Below, in pieces: positions 1-8,871 of a stretch of 64,000 bases of DNA (position 1 is its first letter; each line of letters starts with the position of its first letter). Source of the stretch: Chloroflexi bacterium RBG_13_51_36. Its GTDB lineage: Bacteria; Chloroflexota; Dehalococcoidia; GIF9; AB-539-J10. The notes under the pieces were generated by a model, which had not been told where the DNA came from, made no database searches, and saw only the letters and a list, made by a program, of their open reading frames with translations. The stretch covers positions 28,054 through 92,053 of the forward strand of contig MGMS01000009.1 of the NCBI GenBank assembly GCA_001796515.1, given 5' to 3'. The position numbers and the translations under genes are program-made.

Positions 1-216
1 TTCCTTTTCTCACACTAGGCAACGCCAATTTGCTTCGACTTTGAAACGTCAAGCGTGTGACCTGGCTGCAATTCTTGACATTTCTTCAAGCTGTTAGAAG
101 GTGATTGACATAATTGCTGAGTCATGCTAATATATGAACAGTAATATGCGTATCACATTTCATAATTATATATTGGTGCTTGGGTGATGTCAATGCATCA
201 ACGTCAGGAGGACTGA

Positions 217-507
217 TTGGAGAAAGGGTGGTGGGCTTTTCTCTCTAACCACGGGCGGGTGTTCGTATATATTACCAAACACCCGAAAAGCACGACGGAG
301 GTAATATCTCGGGAAGTAGGGCTTACCCAGAGGGGTGTCCAGAAAATAATCGGCGAACTTGAGGCGGGCGGGTATGTTACCCGGCGCAGGGAAGGCAGAT
401 GTAATGTCTATGCGGTCCGTCCCGAATTGCCGATGCGTCACAAGCTAGAGCGAGACCATGCCGTTGGAGACCTGCTGGTCGCGCTGGGATGCGAGCCCGA
501 GAAGTAG
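217..507 (+). CDS. winged-helix HTH transcriptional regulator (MarR/ArsR-like fold)
   Basis: 96-aa ORF. HTH-like segment 'EVISREVGLTQRGVQKIIGELEAGGYVTRRREGR' followed by a predicted wing. Sigma70-like TTGACA..TAATAT sits upstream (~105-140). Confidence 0.55.
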   Translation: MEKGWWAFLSNHGRVFVYITKHPKSTTEVISREVGLTQRGVQKIIGELEAGGYVTRRREGRCNVYAVRPELPMRHKLERDHAVGDLLVALGCEPEK

Positions 508-544
508 TGCTCCACTTAACATAGCCCGTTCTACACAGGAGGTC

Positions 545-581
545 AGAGGTTCAAATTCTCTACCGCCCACCATAGGTAGTT
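545..581 (+). other. orphan tRNA 3' fragment (T-arm + acceptor 3' strand + CCA); possible att remnant
   Basis: 'GGTCAGAGGTTCAAATTCTCTACCGCCCACCA' has a T-loop TTCAAAT with a 5-bp stem, a 7-nt acceptor strand, a discriminator and CCA. No matching 5' acceptor strand (GGGCGGT) or D-arm is present upstream. Confidence 0.35.
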
Positions 582-684
582 AGATTGCCTCGCAAGGTAT
601 GGTGGTGTTGTGTATAGGATCCTTTAGCCGCTGCTGGCTTTGAAGAACAGGATGCTATTCGAGAGGCATTGAGACTACTTCTGT

Positions 685-1074
685 CTAATGATGCTCTTCT
701 GCTTCAGCCTTGTCGGCCTCAGCCTTCGTCTTGTGCACAGTCTTGTCAGGATGGTTGGGAGGAGAATAGATTGTGTATAGCTTCACCTTAGCGGTCTTTG
801 AAGCGTTTGTTACACTATGGTACGTGCCCGCTGGCACTATGACGGCATCGCCATCTTTCACCACGTGTTTTTCCTTTCCTGCCAAAACAAATGTTGCCTC
901 ACCCTGCTCGATGCGGAAGAACTGGTCCACGTTTTTATGCACCTCGTTGCCAATTTCCTCCCCCGGTTTTAGGGTCATCACGACGAGCTGAGCGTGTTTT
1001 CCGGTAAACAATACTTTTCTGAAATACTCATTGTCCAGAGTCTGTTTCTCAATTGCGCCTACGTATCCTGCCAT
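685..1074 (-). CDS. cupin domain protein
   Basis: 129 aa. Cupin motifs '...G(X)5H.H...E' and 'PAGTYHSVTN'. Conserved small-barrel length. Confidence 0.7.
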   Translation of the reverse strand: MAGYVGAIEKQTLDNEYFRKVLFTGKHAQLVVMTLKPGEEIGNEVHKNVDQFFRIEQGEATFVLAGKEKHVVKDGDAVIVPAGTYHSVTNASKTAKVKLYTIYSPPNHPDKTVHKTKAEADKAEAEEHH

Positions 1075-1213
1075 CTTTGCGTTCTCCTCCTTTCCTTTGC
1101 TTCATATTATATAAGGCCGATAGGTCCCGGACAACTCGAAGCAACCCCAAAGGCACCTGACGCTCTCCGATTCCAGTAACTTGACTGGTTCGGCGCACCG
1201 GATGTTTTTTTGC

Positions 1214-1753
1214 CTAATCCATATGTTCGAATGTTTTTTGCGGAGGCACAGGTTCTTTCCCTGACAACACCATACCAAAGTGCTCCAGCTTCTGCTGTGT
1301 TCTGGGGTCCACATCGTGCCAGCGGGCCAGGAATTCCTCTTCCGTCAGCCATGTTCTGTGAAAAGATGACGGGTCTTCAAAAACAACAATATTGCCGGAG
1401 TGAGCAATAACAATCACGTAGTGGCCATCGTCGTTGTCCGACTTCCAATCTTCAAGGGTCATGTATCTTTCTGCCCACGCCTGCACCAGTACAATCACCG
1501 GACGGTTTCCATCCACCAAGCGTTTCACTTGATCCAGAGAAAACCCACATTGCGCGACGACCTTGAACCCTTGTGCTTCGGCCACAGATATCATATTTCG
1601 CACAGGGATTCCGTCAGCGTCGCATCTCAGTTCTTCTATCAGTTCGCCTTCCGGGATATCTATGCCGTAATAAGCCATGACAATCTGCAAGGCTTTCGCC
1701 CCACAGTCAAAATCAAATGTCTGTCTACCGGTCGGCAGTTCAATCATTGCCAT
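1214..1753 (-). CDS. C39-like (papain-fold) cysteine peptidase domain protein
   Basis: 179 aa. 'FDFDCGAKALQIVMAYYG' is the catalytic Cys-containing motif of Peptidase_C39_2-like proteins. 'DGHYVIVIAH' supplies the His. Confidence 0.55.
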   Translation of the reverse strand: MAMIELPTGRQTFDFDCGAKALQIVMAYYGIDIPEGELIEELRCDADGIPVRNMISVAEAQGFKVVAQCGFSLDQVKRLVDGNRPVIVLVQAWAERYMTLEDWKSDNDDGHYVIVIAHSGNIVVFEDPSSFHRTWLTEEEFLARWHDVDPRTQQKLEHFGMVLSGKEPVPPQKTFEHMD

Positions 1754-1998
1754 GGGCTCCGGCTGTGTACATATCGGCTGGAAGTCAGATAGCCTCGTTC
1801 ACAGAGCATTATGTCTTCAATTCCCGAACCTATCTTTGCGTATTATACATCCCAATAGGCGTTGTCGTCTCATCGAGGCGATGCAATAGACTGCTGCAGC
1901 GCCAGAATCAACCTCTTCTCGAACAAGAGTTTCGAAACGATTCGCCCAGGGCTTTGATTGATGACCGAACAATGTCGATGCTATATTCTGTCTAGGGA

Positions 1999-2439
1999 AT
2001 GCATGTGAACACTCGCCTGTTGAAGATAGGCATCCGTGTTTGGCTCGTTGACACCTTGATTGCCGCCTTCAACTTCTTCGTACTCATGAATCTTGTTTAC
2101 GAACCACGGTGGGGCCCTCTTGTAGCGCATCAAATCGGCATGTCTACCAGAATTGTCGTGACATTTGTCCTGGCATATTTCCTGCTCAGGTACGTCAAGC
2201 AGTACACTCGCAAAGGCTTGATTCTCATTGGATTGGTATGGTTGGGTCTCGAGGAAATATTCGAATGGGGAGGTAGCTTCATCCTCCGGCGATCGGTTGA
2301 AGAAATCCTGGTTGGCTGGAACATATTTGCGGGCTATATGTGGCCTTACGTAATGTTGGCGTATCTGCTGTCAAATCTGATTGTGGGTGTAACGCTACAC
2401 CCGGGCAAGAAGGAGGCGGTCCCAAAAGACATTCGATGA
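1999..2439 (+). CDS. hypothetical integral membrane protein
   Basis: 146 aa with 4 predicted hydrophobic helices and no recognisable motif. Confidence 0.4.
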   Translation: MHVNTRLLKIGIRVWLVDTLIAAFNFFVLMNLVYEPRWGPLVAHQIGMSTRIVVTFVLAYFLLRYVKQYTRKGLILIGLVWLGLEEIFEWGGSFILRRSVEEILVGWNIFAGYMWPYVMLAYLLSNLIVGVTLHPGKKEAVPKDIR

Positions 2440-2549
2440 GATTGGAGACAGCCTCTTGTCGTACATTGGCTGGAGCCAGCTCACTCTCTGGGAATTCCGA
2501 GCCTTGGCGATAGCGTGCAGAATCCTCTCAAATACTACTGCTCTGGCTC

Positions 2550-3923
2550 TCACGATACCAGCCGGATATGAACGGGGGCACGTTCGAAATCGGCCGCAGC
2601 GAGCAAAGCTTGCGGATGGAGTCCGGCCATAGCTGCCACAAATCGGTCGGGTATTATATCTAGCCTGGTGTTGTAGAAGGTAGCAATGTTATTGAAGTAG
2701 TCGCGCGCCAGGGCAATGCGCTGTTCCGTATCTGCCAGTGCGTGCTGGAGTTGCAGGAAAGATTCACTGGCTTTCAGTTCGGGATAACGCTCAACTATTA
2801 CGGCGAGCATCGGTGCGATTCCTTTAGGATCAGGTCCCGGTTCACCTGGCGGCGTTGTCTCTATCTGCCCGCGTATTTCCGCCAACAGCCTCTGTGTTTC
2901 GCTTTCGTGGGTGCGATATCCTTCTATGGTTCCTACCAGATTGGGAATCAGGTCGTGCCGTCGCTTAAGTTGTACATCAACCTGTGACCTGCCCTGACCG
3001 ACCATGTTACGGAGGTTGATTAGGCTGTTGTACGTAGTCCAAACCCAACCGAGTAGCATTGCGGCAATAAACGCGCCGGTCGCAATTGCAGGCGGTTGCC
3101 ATATGATGCTTCCCGTTTCGAGCACACTATAACCTATTGCACCTGCGATGACCGCCCCCAACCCCGGAATTGACCATAGCCAGAACGACAATGCGTACCT
3201 TCGGCTAACTTGCTTCTCCGTCCGGGTTGAAATCAAAAACATGGGCGCGTCCTTATCATGTGCCACTTCAGCAGCAACGATGTCCTCTCTCTCACGCGCC
3301 TGTCCCACGATATAGAGCATGGAATGTAGGGGCACCGCGGTCTCCAGGAAATGCCGTCTGTGAGTAGAATCAGCTACCTCGCTCGGCGGCCCTTTGCCAA
3401 AATAGACAGAACTACCTCTGGAGCAAGTCTGGTCAAGTACCTTGACACCATGGATAGTGGCGCCTTCAGGAACGATACGGATGACACCGGAATCGTCCCT
3501 CAAATAGAATGGGATAGCCTGACCGCCGCCGGCCACTCTGGTCCAGCCGCTCTCCGTGCGGGTGCGCCTCTGGGTGTGACCTTCGGAATCGGTATATGTC
3601 TCGACGACAGTCCTTGACCAGTGTTCATCGACTTGCCAAACATATTGTACGCAGCGAGTCTCAGCCAGATAACTGGTCAGAGGGTTCTCGGTTTCCGCCG
3701 TGCCCTGAAGCTCGACAAAACCGATAAATACGCCCTGCGCTTTCGAAGTCGGCACGTCATCGGTGAGGCGCTTCCGACGCAAAGCAAAAAAGGCTCCAAC
3801 CAGACACCCGAGGGATGCCAAAGAGCCGGCGAGCACCGATAACAGGCTATATGTCATGTCTTGATTGTGCGACGCAGATGAGCCTTTTGTCAAAGTGGGT
3901 GAGGGAGCTGCTGCATCTTTCAT
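2550..3923 (-). CDS. GIDE-like domain / LemA family fusion membrane protein
   Basis: 457 aa. N-terminal TM, then a GIDE-like region ('GVFIGFVELQGTAE...QYVWQVDEHW...'). A central TM pair precedes a C-terminal LemA signature ('YNSLINLRNMV...DVQLKRRHDLIPNLV...GYRTHE...'). Confidence 0.7.
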   Translation of the reverse strand: MKDAAAPSPTLTKGSSASHNQDMTYSLLSVLAGSLASLGCLVGAFFALRRKRLTDDVPTSKAQGVFIGFVELQGTAETENPLTSYLAETRCVQYVWQVDEHWSRTVVETYTDSEGHTQRRTRTESGWTRVAGGGQAIPFYLRDDSGVIRIVPEGATIHGVKVLDQTCSRGSSVYFGKGPPSEVADSTHRRHFLETAVPLHSMLYIVGQAREREDIVAAEVAHDKDAPMFLISTRTEKQVSRRYALSFWLWSIPGLGAVIAGAIGYSVLETGSIIWQPPAIATGAFIAAMLLGWVWTTYNSLINLRNMVGQGRSQVDVQLKRRHDLIPNLVGTIEGYRTHESETQRLLAEIRGQIETTPPGEPGPDPKGIAPMLAVIVERYPELKASESFLQLQHALADTEQRIALARDYFNNIATFYNTRLDIIPDRFVAAMAGLHPQALLAAADFERAPVHIRLVS

Positions 3924-4042
3924 AGCGGCGGAACCACCGGCTTATTCTCAAACAAGCGTCAGAATCTGTGTCGCGTGACCCATGATTGGCAATTGGATTA
4001 CAGATTTTCTCTAGAGTTCATAGCCCCTGGATGAAGTGCCTC

Positions 4043-4097
4043 TTGACAAAACTGTGGCCGAGTGTATAATAATATCTAGATATATCTAGATATTATT
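4043..4097 (+). promoter_or_regulatory. sigma70-like promoter (TTGACA-16-TATAAT) overlapped by a perfect 30-bp palindrome; putative PadR operator
   Basis: TTGACA at 4043-4048 and TATAAT at 4065-4070. 4068..4097 'AATAATATCTAGATATATCTAGATATTATT' equals its own reverse complement. It lies 39 bp upstream of the PadR start. Confidence 0.55.
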
Positions 4098-4135
4098 TAC
4101 GCCATATTGGTTAATGAGGCAGAAAGGAGGTTTAA

Positions 4136-4648
4136 ATGTTCAGAGGCCGCATATTTCACGAAGAGCGATTCTTTCGCGGGTCACGGAGAGGGGCTTCATT
4201 TCATAGAGGTGACCTCAAATACGTAATACTAGACCTGTTGAAGGACAGACCAAGACACGGTTATGACATTATTCGGGAGCTTGAGGAACTTTCCTACGGT
4301 TTTTATAAGCCGAGCCCCGGAGTCATCTATCCTACCCTCCAGATGCTGGAAGAGATGGGATATGCCAGCTCCACTGAGCAGGAAGGCAAAAGGATTTACT
4401 CTATTACGGAAGAGGGGCGCAAGTTTCTGGAGAATCAAAGTAATATCGCCGACGACGTGCGACGGCACATGAAACATAAGTGGGGTTTCAAGAATATTGG
4501 CAGGATGGTCAGAGTGATGGCAGAATATCATGCGCTCGAAGATTTGCTTGGCAAGGGCTTTCGCAGACTGGATTCCGACAAAGCGGAGCTGATTTGCGGA
4601 ATTCTCTCTCGGGCTTATAATGAGATCGAGTCTGTGCTACAAGAATAA
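4136..4648 (+). CDS. PadR family transcriptional regulator
   Basis: 170 aa. 'YVILDLLKDRPRHGYDIIRELEE...GVIYPTLQMLEEMGY' is the canonical PadR winged helix. RBS AAAGGAGG upstream. Confidence 0.8.
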   Translation: MFRGRIFHEERFFRGSRRGASFHRGDLKYVILDLLKDRPRHGYDIIRELEELSYGFYKPSPGVIYPTLQMLEEMGYASSTEQEGKRIYSITEEGRKFLENQSNIADDVRRHMKHKWGFKNIGRMVRVMAEYHALEDLLGKGFRRLDSDKAELICGILSRAYNEIESVLQE

Positions 4649-4665
4649 GACGAAGGAGGGCTAAA

Positions 4666-4866
4666 ATGGGTTACTTTAGAATATTGGCGGCGATACCCGG
4701 TTTCTTCCTGAGTTCGTTCTTCCTCATGCTTCTCTGGGGTCCTATTGCTGCCAGACTGGGTATCGGTGTGGATATTGACTATGTCACAGCCATGCTGATA
4801 AACATTACCCTCTGGATAGCGGTAGCTCCGCTGGCGGCGGTCGGCCGCAAAAAGATATGTGGTTGA
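4666..4866 (+). CDS. small membrane protein (co-transcribed with PadR)
   Basis: 66 aa, two TM helices. RBS GAAGGAGG 7 nt upstream, 17 nt after the PadR stop. Confidence 0.5.
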   Translation: MGYFRILAAIPGFFLSSFFLMLLWGPIAARLGIGVDIDYVTAMLINITLWIAVAPLAAVGRKKICG

Positions 4867-5165
4867 TTAGGACTGTGCCGTAAGCGCTTGGCTTGGCGGC
4901 GAGCGCGGCAAGCCTACATACACGAGGGCAGAGTTTTAACTCCTCTGCCGCCCGCCGCTCGCTGGGCCATGAAGTTTTCGCAGAAGCTGGCAACCGAGCC
5001 GCCGGAGAGGGCCATCTTCATAACGCCACTCTTGAAGGAAATGAGGTCTTGATAGGGAATTCGACAAAAGATATAATGCCCCCATAGCATGATGGGTTAC
5101 CTGGTCACCTGCCCCAGGCGTGGAGGGATTGCTTCCCAGGTAACGGCAACGCTGGAGGTGTTTAA

Positions 5166-5624
5166 ATGGCAAGAGGGAAAAAAGCTGAAGTGAAGATTCG
5201 GCGCATGACACGTAACGACATTCATGAGGTCCTATTTCTCGATAGAATAATCACGGGCCAGAGGCGTGATGTCATAAAGTATGAAGACCTGGCTTCCGCT
5301 GACCCGGGGACACCGCCTGACTTGAGTTTTATAGCTGAGATTGACGGCAAGATGGTGGGTTTCTCAATCAACCGGTCGACATATCTGATGGTCCCGCTTA
5401 CTGAAGTGTGCATTATTCACGCTATACTTGTCCACCCGGACTATCGGGGGCTGGGCATCGGTGGCAAATTGGTTGAGGCGCTGCTGAAGCATTGCCAAAC
5501 CGAAGGTATTGGGACAGTTCGGGCTCTTATTCCGACAGGCAACAAAGAACTGCAAGACATCTTCAAGAGGCACGGTTTCAAGCGTAGCCGCATAACTAAT
5601 TTCGATAGGGCATTCGAGAGTTAG
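5166..5624 (+). CDS. GNAT family N-acetyltransferase
   Basis: 152 aa. 'VHPDYRGLGIGGKLVEALL' is the acetyl-CoA binding motif A (R/Q-x-x-G-x-G/A). Confidence 0.75.
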   Translation: MARGKKAEVKIRRMTRNDIHEVLFLDRIITGQRRDVIKYEDLASADPGTPPDLSFIAEIDGKMVGFSINRSTYLMVPLTEVCIIHAILVHPDYRGLGIGGKLVEALLKHCQTEGIGTVRALIPTGNKELQDIFKRHGFKRSRITNFDRAFES

Positions 5625-5695
5625 ATGAGAAGCCTGCAGAACAGAGTTGCCCGGGAATGGTTGGGTCGGCGGGGATAGTCGAATACTCATCGGGA

Positions 5696-5953
5696 CTATC
5701 TGCCATATCTTAGCTTGGCATATAACATAGCCCATCCCAGGGCAAAGGTTATTGCGTTCCATATAATTAATGACGCCAGCCCCATTGAAATTCCGTAGGA
5801 CAGCCAGAAACCTATGCCCGCGATGAAGAATGCTGTGAACGGCAAGCTTATCTCATGGGCGCTCCTGAGCCTGAACAGACGCCACACCTGGGGGATGAAT
5901 CCCATTGTGGTCAAAGCTCCACCGACGAATCCGAGCAATTCCTTCCAGTCCAA
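5696..5953 (-). CDS. SemiSWEET / PQ-loop (MtN3-like) sugar transporter; probable TTG start
   Basis: The 3-TM PQ-loop core 'FVGGALTTMGFIPQVWRLFRLRSAHEISLPF...' is typical of ~85-aa SemiSWEETs. The ORF track extends 36 codons upstream with an Arg-rich tail. An internal TTG at 5951-5953 has a strong RBS (AAAGGAGG, 6-nt spacer). Confidence 0.6.
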   Translation of the reverse strand: MDWKELLGFVGGALTTMGFIPQVWRLFRLRSAHEISLPFTAFFIAGIGFWLSYGISMGLASLIIWNAITFALGWAMLYAKLRYGR

Positions 5954-6312
5954 GATGTGCCTCCTTTTCCGTATGTTGTGACAGCCTATCTGTCGCTTTC
6001 TCACACCGAAGCCCTGCCGCCAATTATACCATCGGAGCCAGGGGGAACACCGTCTGGACATGTTCAGGGGATGCGCCTGTGAGGAAAAGACGGTGAATGC
6101 CGCCAGCGCCGATGACGGTATCCGGGGGCAAGGGCCTGAACGTGCAAGAAGTGCAGAAGACTTGACATTGGGCGCTGTCAGGAAAGAGCCGACCTTGACA
6201 GAGCGACGCAGAAACTCACTCCTGAGATGTTGGGAAATAGCAGATTTCCCTCCCTCACTCTGGAACCTCAGGTCACTATTATCAAGGCCGTAATCCGTAA
6301 CAGACCGGTGGA

Positions 6313-6669
6313 TTAGTATCTGCGTCGTCCGCCGCCACCACCTCCTCCACCACCAAATCTACTACCTCCTCCTCCTCTACCTCCTCCGCCAAAACCACCA
6401 CCGCCAAAGGGCCTCCTGCCGCCTTCGGTGCGAGGGCGCGCCTCACTAACACTGAGCGTGCGCTCTTTCATCGATGTTCCGTTAAGGCCGTTAATGGCAG
6501 CCTGCGCCTCGGTTTTGGTTGCCATCTCAACAAAGCCAAAACCTCTAGATTCGCCGCTGTATCGGTCCTTGATGATGCTTACAGATGTGACCTGCCCGAA
6601 AGCCTCAAATGCCTTGCGTAGTTCGTCTTCGCTGACCTCGCGAGATAGATTACCCACATATATGTTCAC
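6313..6669 (-). CDS. glycine-rich RNA-binding protein (RRM domain)
   Basis: RNP2 'IYVGNL' and RNP1 'RGFGFVEM'. C-terminal GGGGFGGGGRGGGG tail. Confidence 0.85.
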   Translation of the reverse strand: MNIYVGNLSREVSEDELRKAFEAFGQVTSVSIIKDRYSGESRGFGFVEMATKTEAQAAINGLNGTSMKERTLSVSEARPRTEGGRRPFGGGGFGGGGRGGGGSRFGGGGGGGGGRRRY

Positions 6670-6807
6670 ACTATTAACCCCCCTTTCGATTTTTATTGTC
6701 CTGGCCTGCGTGCAGGCAGCCCTTCCTGGGCATGCTGAAACCCACTGTTTCTAAACCTTCGGGGGCTGGCTTTGGTTCCAGCCCCCTATGAATCCAGCTA
6801 CGGCAGA

Positions 6808-7113
6808 TTACGTGCGAGTGCTTGGCTTAATCTTGGTGTAGCATTCGCTACAATACACTGGCCGGCCCTCTCGAGGCTCGAAGGGCACTTCACATTCCTT
6901 GCCACACTCAACACATACCGCGGCATGCATCTGGCGGCTGGTTCTGGGCCCTCTGGCGTTGTTGTACTGAGACCTCTTTGCCTCACGGCAAGCAGGGCAA
7001 CGCTTGGGCTCATTAGTGTATCCCCTACCAGCATAGAACTCCTGTTCCTCGGCGGTGAAGGTGAATTTGGCACCACAGTCAGAACATTGCAGCGTTTTGT
7101 CCGCAAATCCCAT
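6808..7113 (-). CDS. zinc-ribbon protein (two CxxC...CxxC units)
   Basis: 101 aa with 'CSDCGAKF...CPACR' and 'CVECGKE...CSECY'. Same strand as, and just upstream of, the RRM gene. Confidence 0.5.
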   Translation of the reverse strand: MGFADKTLQCSDCGAKFTFTAEEQEFYAGRGYTNEPKRCPACREAKRSQYNNARGPRTSRQMHAAVCVECGKECEVPFEPREGRPVYCSECYTKIKPSTRT

Positions 7114-7310
7114 TGGATGACCTCCTTTCTTTCAAAAATACTTGGCTCGAGTCTCGGTCATCCAACGTTCGCGAATGGGCCCGGAAGAGCTCTCACAGAG
7201 ACGTGGCAACCTACACTGATAATCACTGTCTAAGTATAATAAGGCACCTGAAAAATTGCAACTAGTCGGGTGCAAAAGGGTCAAGGCCGGTAATGGCTAC
7301 ATGAGTAACG

Positions 7311-7460
7311 CTACTTTTTCAGGGCGGGGATGACGGCCATTACTCCCAACACGATAAGAGCGATCCCCAGGATCCATCTTATCAGCTCAGGGAGCGCTAT
7401 AATCAGTATTCCGACAATGATCGCAATTATCCCCATCCATAATCCGGTTATTCTAAGCAT
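7311..7460 (-). CDS. small membrane protein (DUF3096-like), not in ORF track (<60 aa)
   Basis: Minus-strand translation 'MLRITGLWMGIIAIIVGILIIALPELIRWILGIALIVLGVMAVIPALKK'. RBS AAGGAGG 8 nt upstream. Confidence 0.4.
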   Translation of the reverse strand: MLRITGLWMGIIAIIVGILIIALPELIRWILGIALIVLGVMAVIPALKK

Positions 7461-7627
7461 ATTAATCCTGTACCTCCTTTGTTCGCTTTGAGGCTATAGC
7501 CTTCATTACAATTCTAGGGACGAAATATCACGAAGTCAATAGCCCGTCTCACGTCCACCATGTGAGCCGAAGCTAGCCATTACTCAAATTGCTCAGGGGC
7601 ACGGGGAAATGCTGAGCAACTATTATG

Positions 7628-7656
7628 TTGACCCATAGCAGTCTTACAACTATAAT
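7628..7656 (+). promoter_or_regulatory. sigma70-like promoter TTGACC-17-TATAAT
   Basis: TTGACC at 7628-7633, a 17-nt spacer, TATAAT at 7651-7656. It lies 30 bp upstream of the 7686 start. Confidence 0.45.
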
Positions 7657-7685
7657 GTCGTGATCAAAAACAGAGAGGTGACGCT

Positions 7686-8798
7686 ATGATCAAATCGAGA
7701 TTGTGTGACCGGCTGGGAATCAAATATCCCATTATACAGGCAGGGATGGGCCCCTTCAGCAACAACAACCTCTGTGTGGCTACAGCCAACGCAGGTGTTC
7801 TTGGGTTGCTTTCCACCAGCGGCGTTTTCAACAGAGATGATCAGCCGTGGATTTACCGCGACTTCGTCAGGACGGGAGAAGCCGACCCCGAAGACGACAT
7901 GGCTACGGTATTGGAAAAAGTACTGAGACGGACATACAGGCTGGTGAAGGACAAGGGTGGTATTTTCGGAACCAATGTGATGGTTTCGACCGAAGTTCTC
8001 CCGGCTGCACAAATCATGATTGACACAGCCATCAGGGTCCGTGAGGAGACCCCTGATATGAAGAAGCATTTCAAGGTGATGTATACATCCGCCGGTGACC
8101 CTCTTGGCTGGGGTGAAAAAATAAAGGGAGCGGGATTTACCTGGATACATATTGTCCCATCTGTTAGGGCAGCTTTGCGCTGCAAGAAAGCTGGCGTCGA
8201 CGTAATAGTTGCGTCCGGCCACGAAGGCGGTTTTCATACATCATGGGAGCCGGTACATTCAATGATTTTGCTTCCAGCCGTAGTGGAGGCGGTATCAGAT
8301 AACGAGGCATTGGTTGTCGGTGCCGGTGGGTTCTGCGATGGCAAGACACTGGCGGCTGCGCTGGTCATGGGGGCGGATGGTGTCCTGATGGGGACGCGCT
8401 TTCTGGCGACACAGGAGAGTGATTTCCATCAGATTTGGAAACAGGCAGTGGTGGATGCAGGCGATAGGGCAACCCTTGTGGCGCGTGGCTTTGTCGGGCC
8501 TGCCCGCTGGCTGAAAACACCCCGCAGCCAGGAACACGCCAGGAACACTCTTCAGAAATCTCCCGGCGTTTTTCTGGGTACGCCCGATGATTACACAACG
8601 ATTGACATGTCTTTGATTGAGTATGAAATCGAATCAATGAAAGCCACCTTCGAAGGAAATAAGGAAAAGGCACTCATGGCTGCGGGTGAGGTGGCTCAGC
8701 GAATCAAAGATATGCCCAGGGTCGACGATTTGGTGCAGCAAATTGTCAGGGAAGCAGAAACTGTCCTCAGGGAAGTCCCAAAAAAGCTTCTGGGGTAA
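7686..8798 (+). CDS. nitronate monooxygenase / FabK-like enoyl reductase family (TIM-barrel flavoprotein)
   Basis: 370 aa. 'LGIKYPIIQAGMGP' N-terminal motif and 'GGFCDGKTLAAALVMGADGVLMGTRF' FMN-binding segment of the NMO family. Confidence 0.8.
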   Translation: MIKSRLCDRLGIKYPIIQAGMGPFSNNNLCVATANAGVLGLLSTSGVFNRDDQPWIYRDFVRTGEADPEDDMATVLEKVLRRTYRLVKDKGGIFGTNVMVSTEVLPAAQIMIDTAIRVREETPDMKKHFKVMYTSAGDPLGWGEKIKGAGFTWIHIVPSVRAALRCKKAGVDVIVASGHEGGFHTSWEPVHSMILLPAVVEAVSDNEALVVGAGGFCDGKTLAAALVMGADGVLMGTRFLATQESDFHQIWKQAVVDAGDRATLVARGFVGPARWLKTPRSQEHARNTLQKSPGVFLGTPDDYTTIDMSLIEYEIESMKATFEGNKEKALMAAGEVAQRIKDMPRVDDLVQQIVREAETVLREVPKKLLG

Positions 8799-8871
8799 TG
8801 TCTGAGCCGAACCGATGGGAAAGGCAGTTCTCTCAGTTTGCCCGGGGGCTAGTGCTACTTCTCGAGCTTGT

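Noticed and set aside
6428-7233. Two 100-150-aa ORFs (6428..6754+, 6772..7233+) antisense to the RRM and zinc-ribbon genes
   Set aside because: The long open frames are produced by the GGN/CCN codon repeats of the glycine-rich tail. The sense-strand genes have clear domains.
7650-8237. 195-aa and 110-aa minus-strand ORFs antisense to the NMO-family gene
   Set aside because: They are shadow ORFs. The plus-strand product has a conserved FMN-binding TIM-barrel signature.
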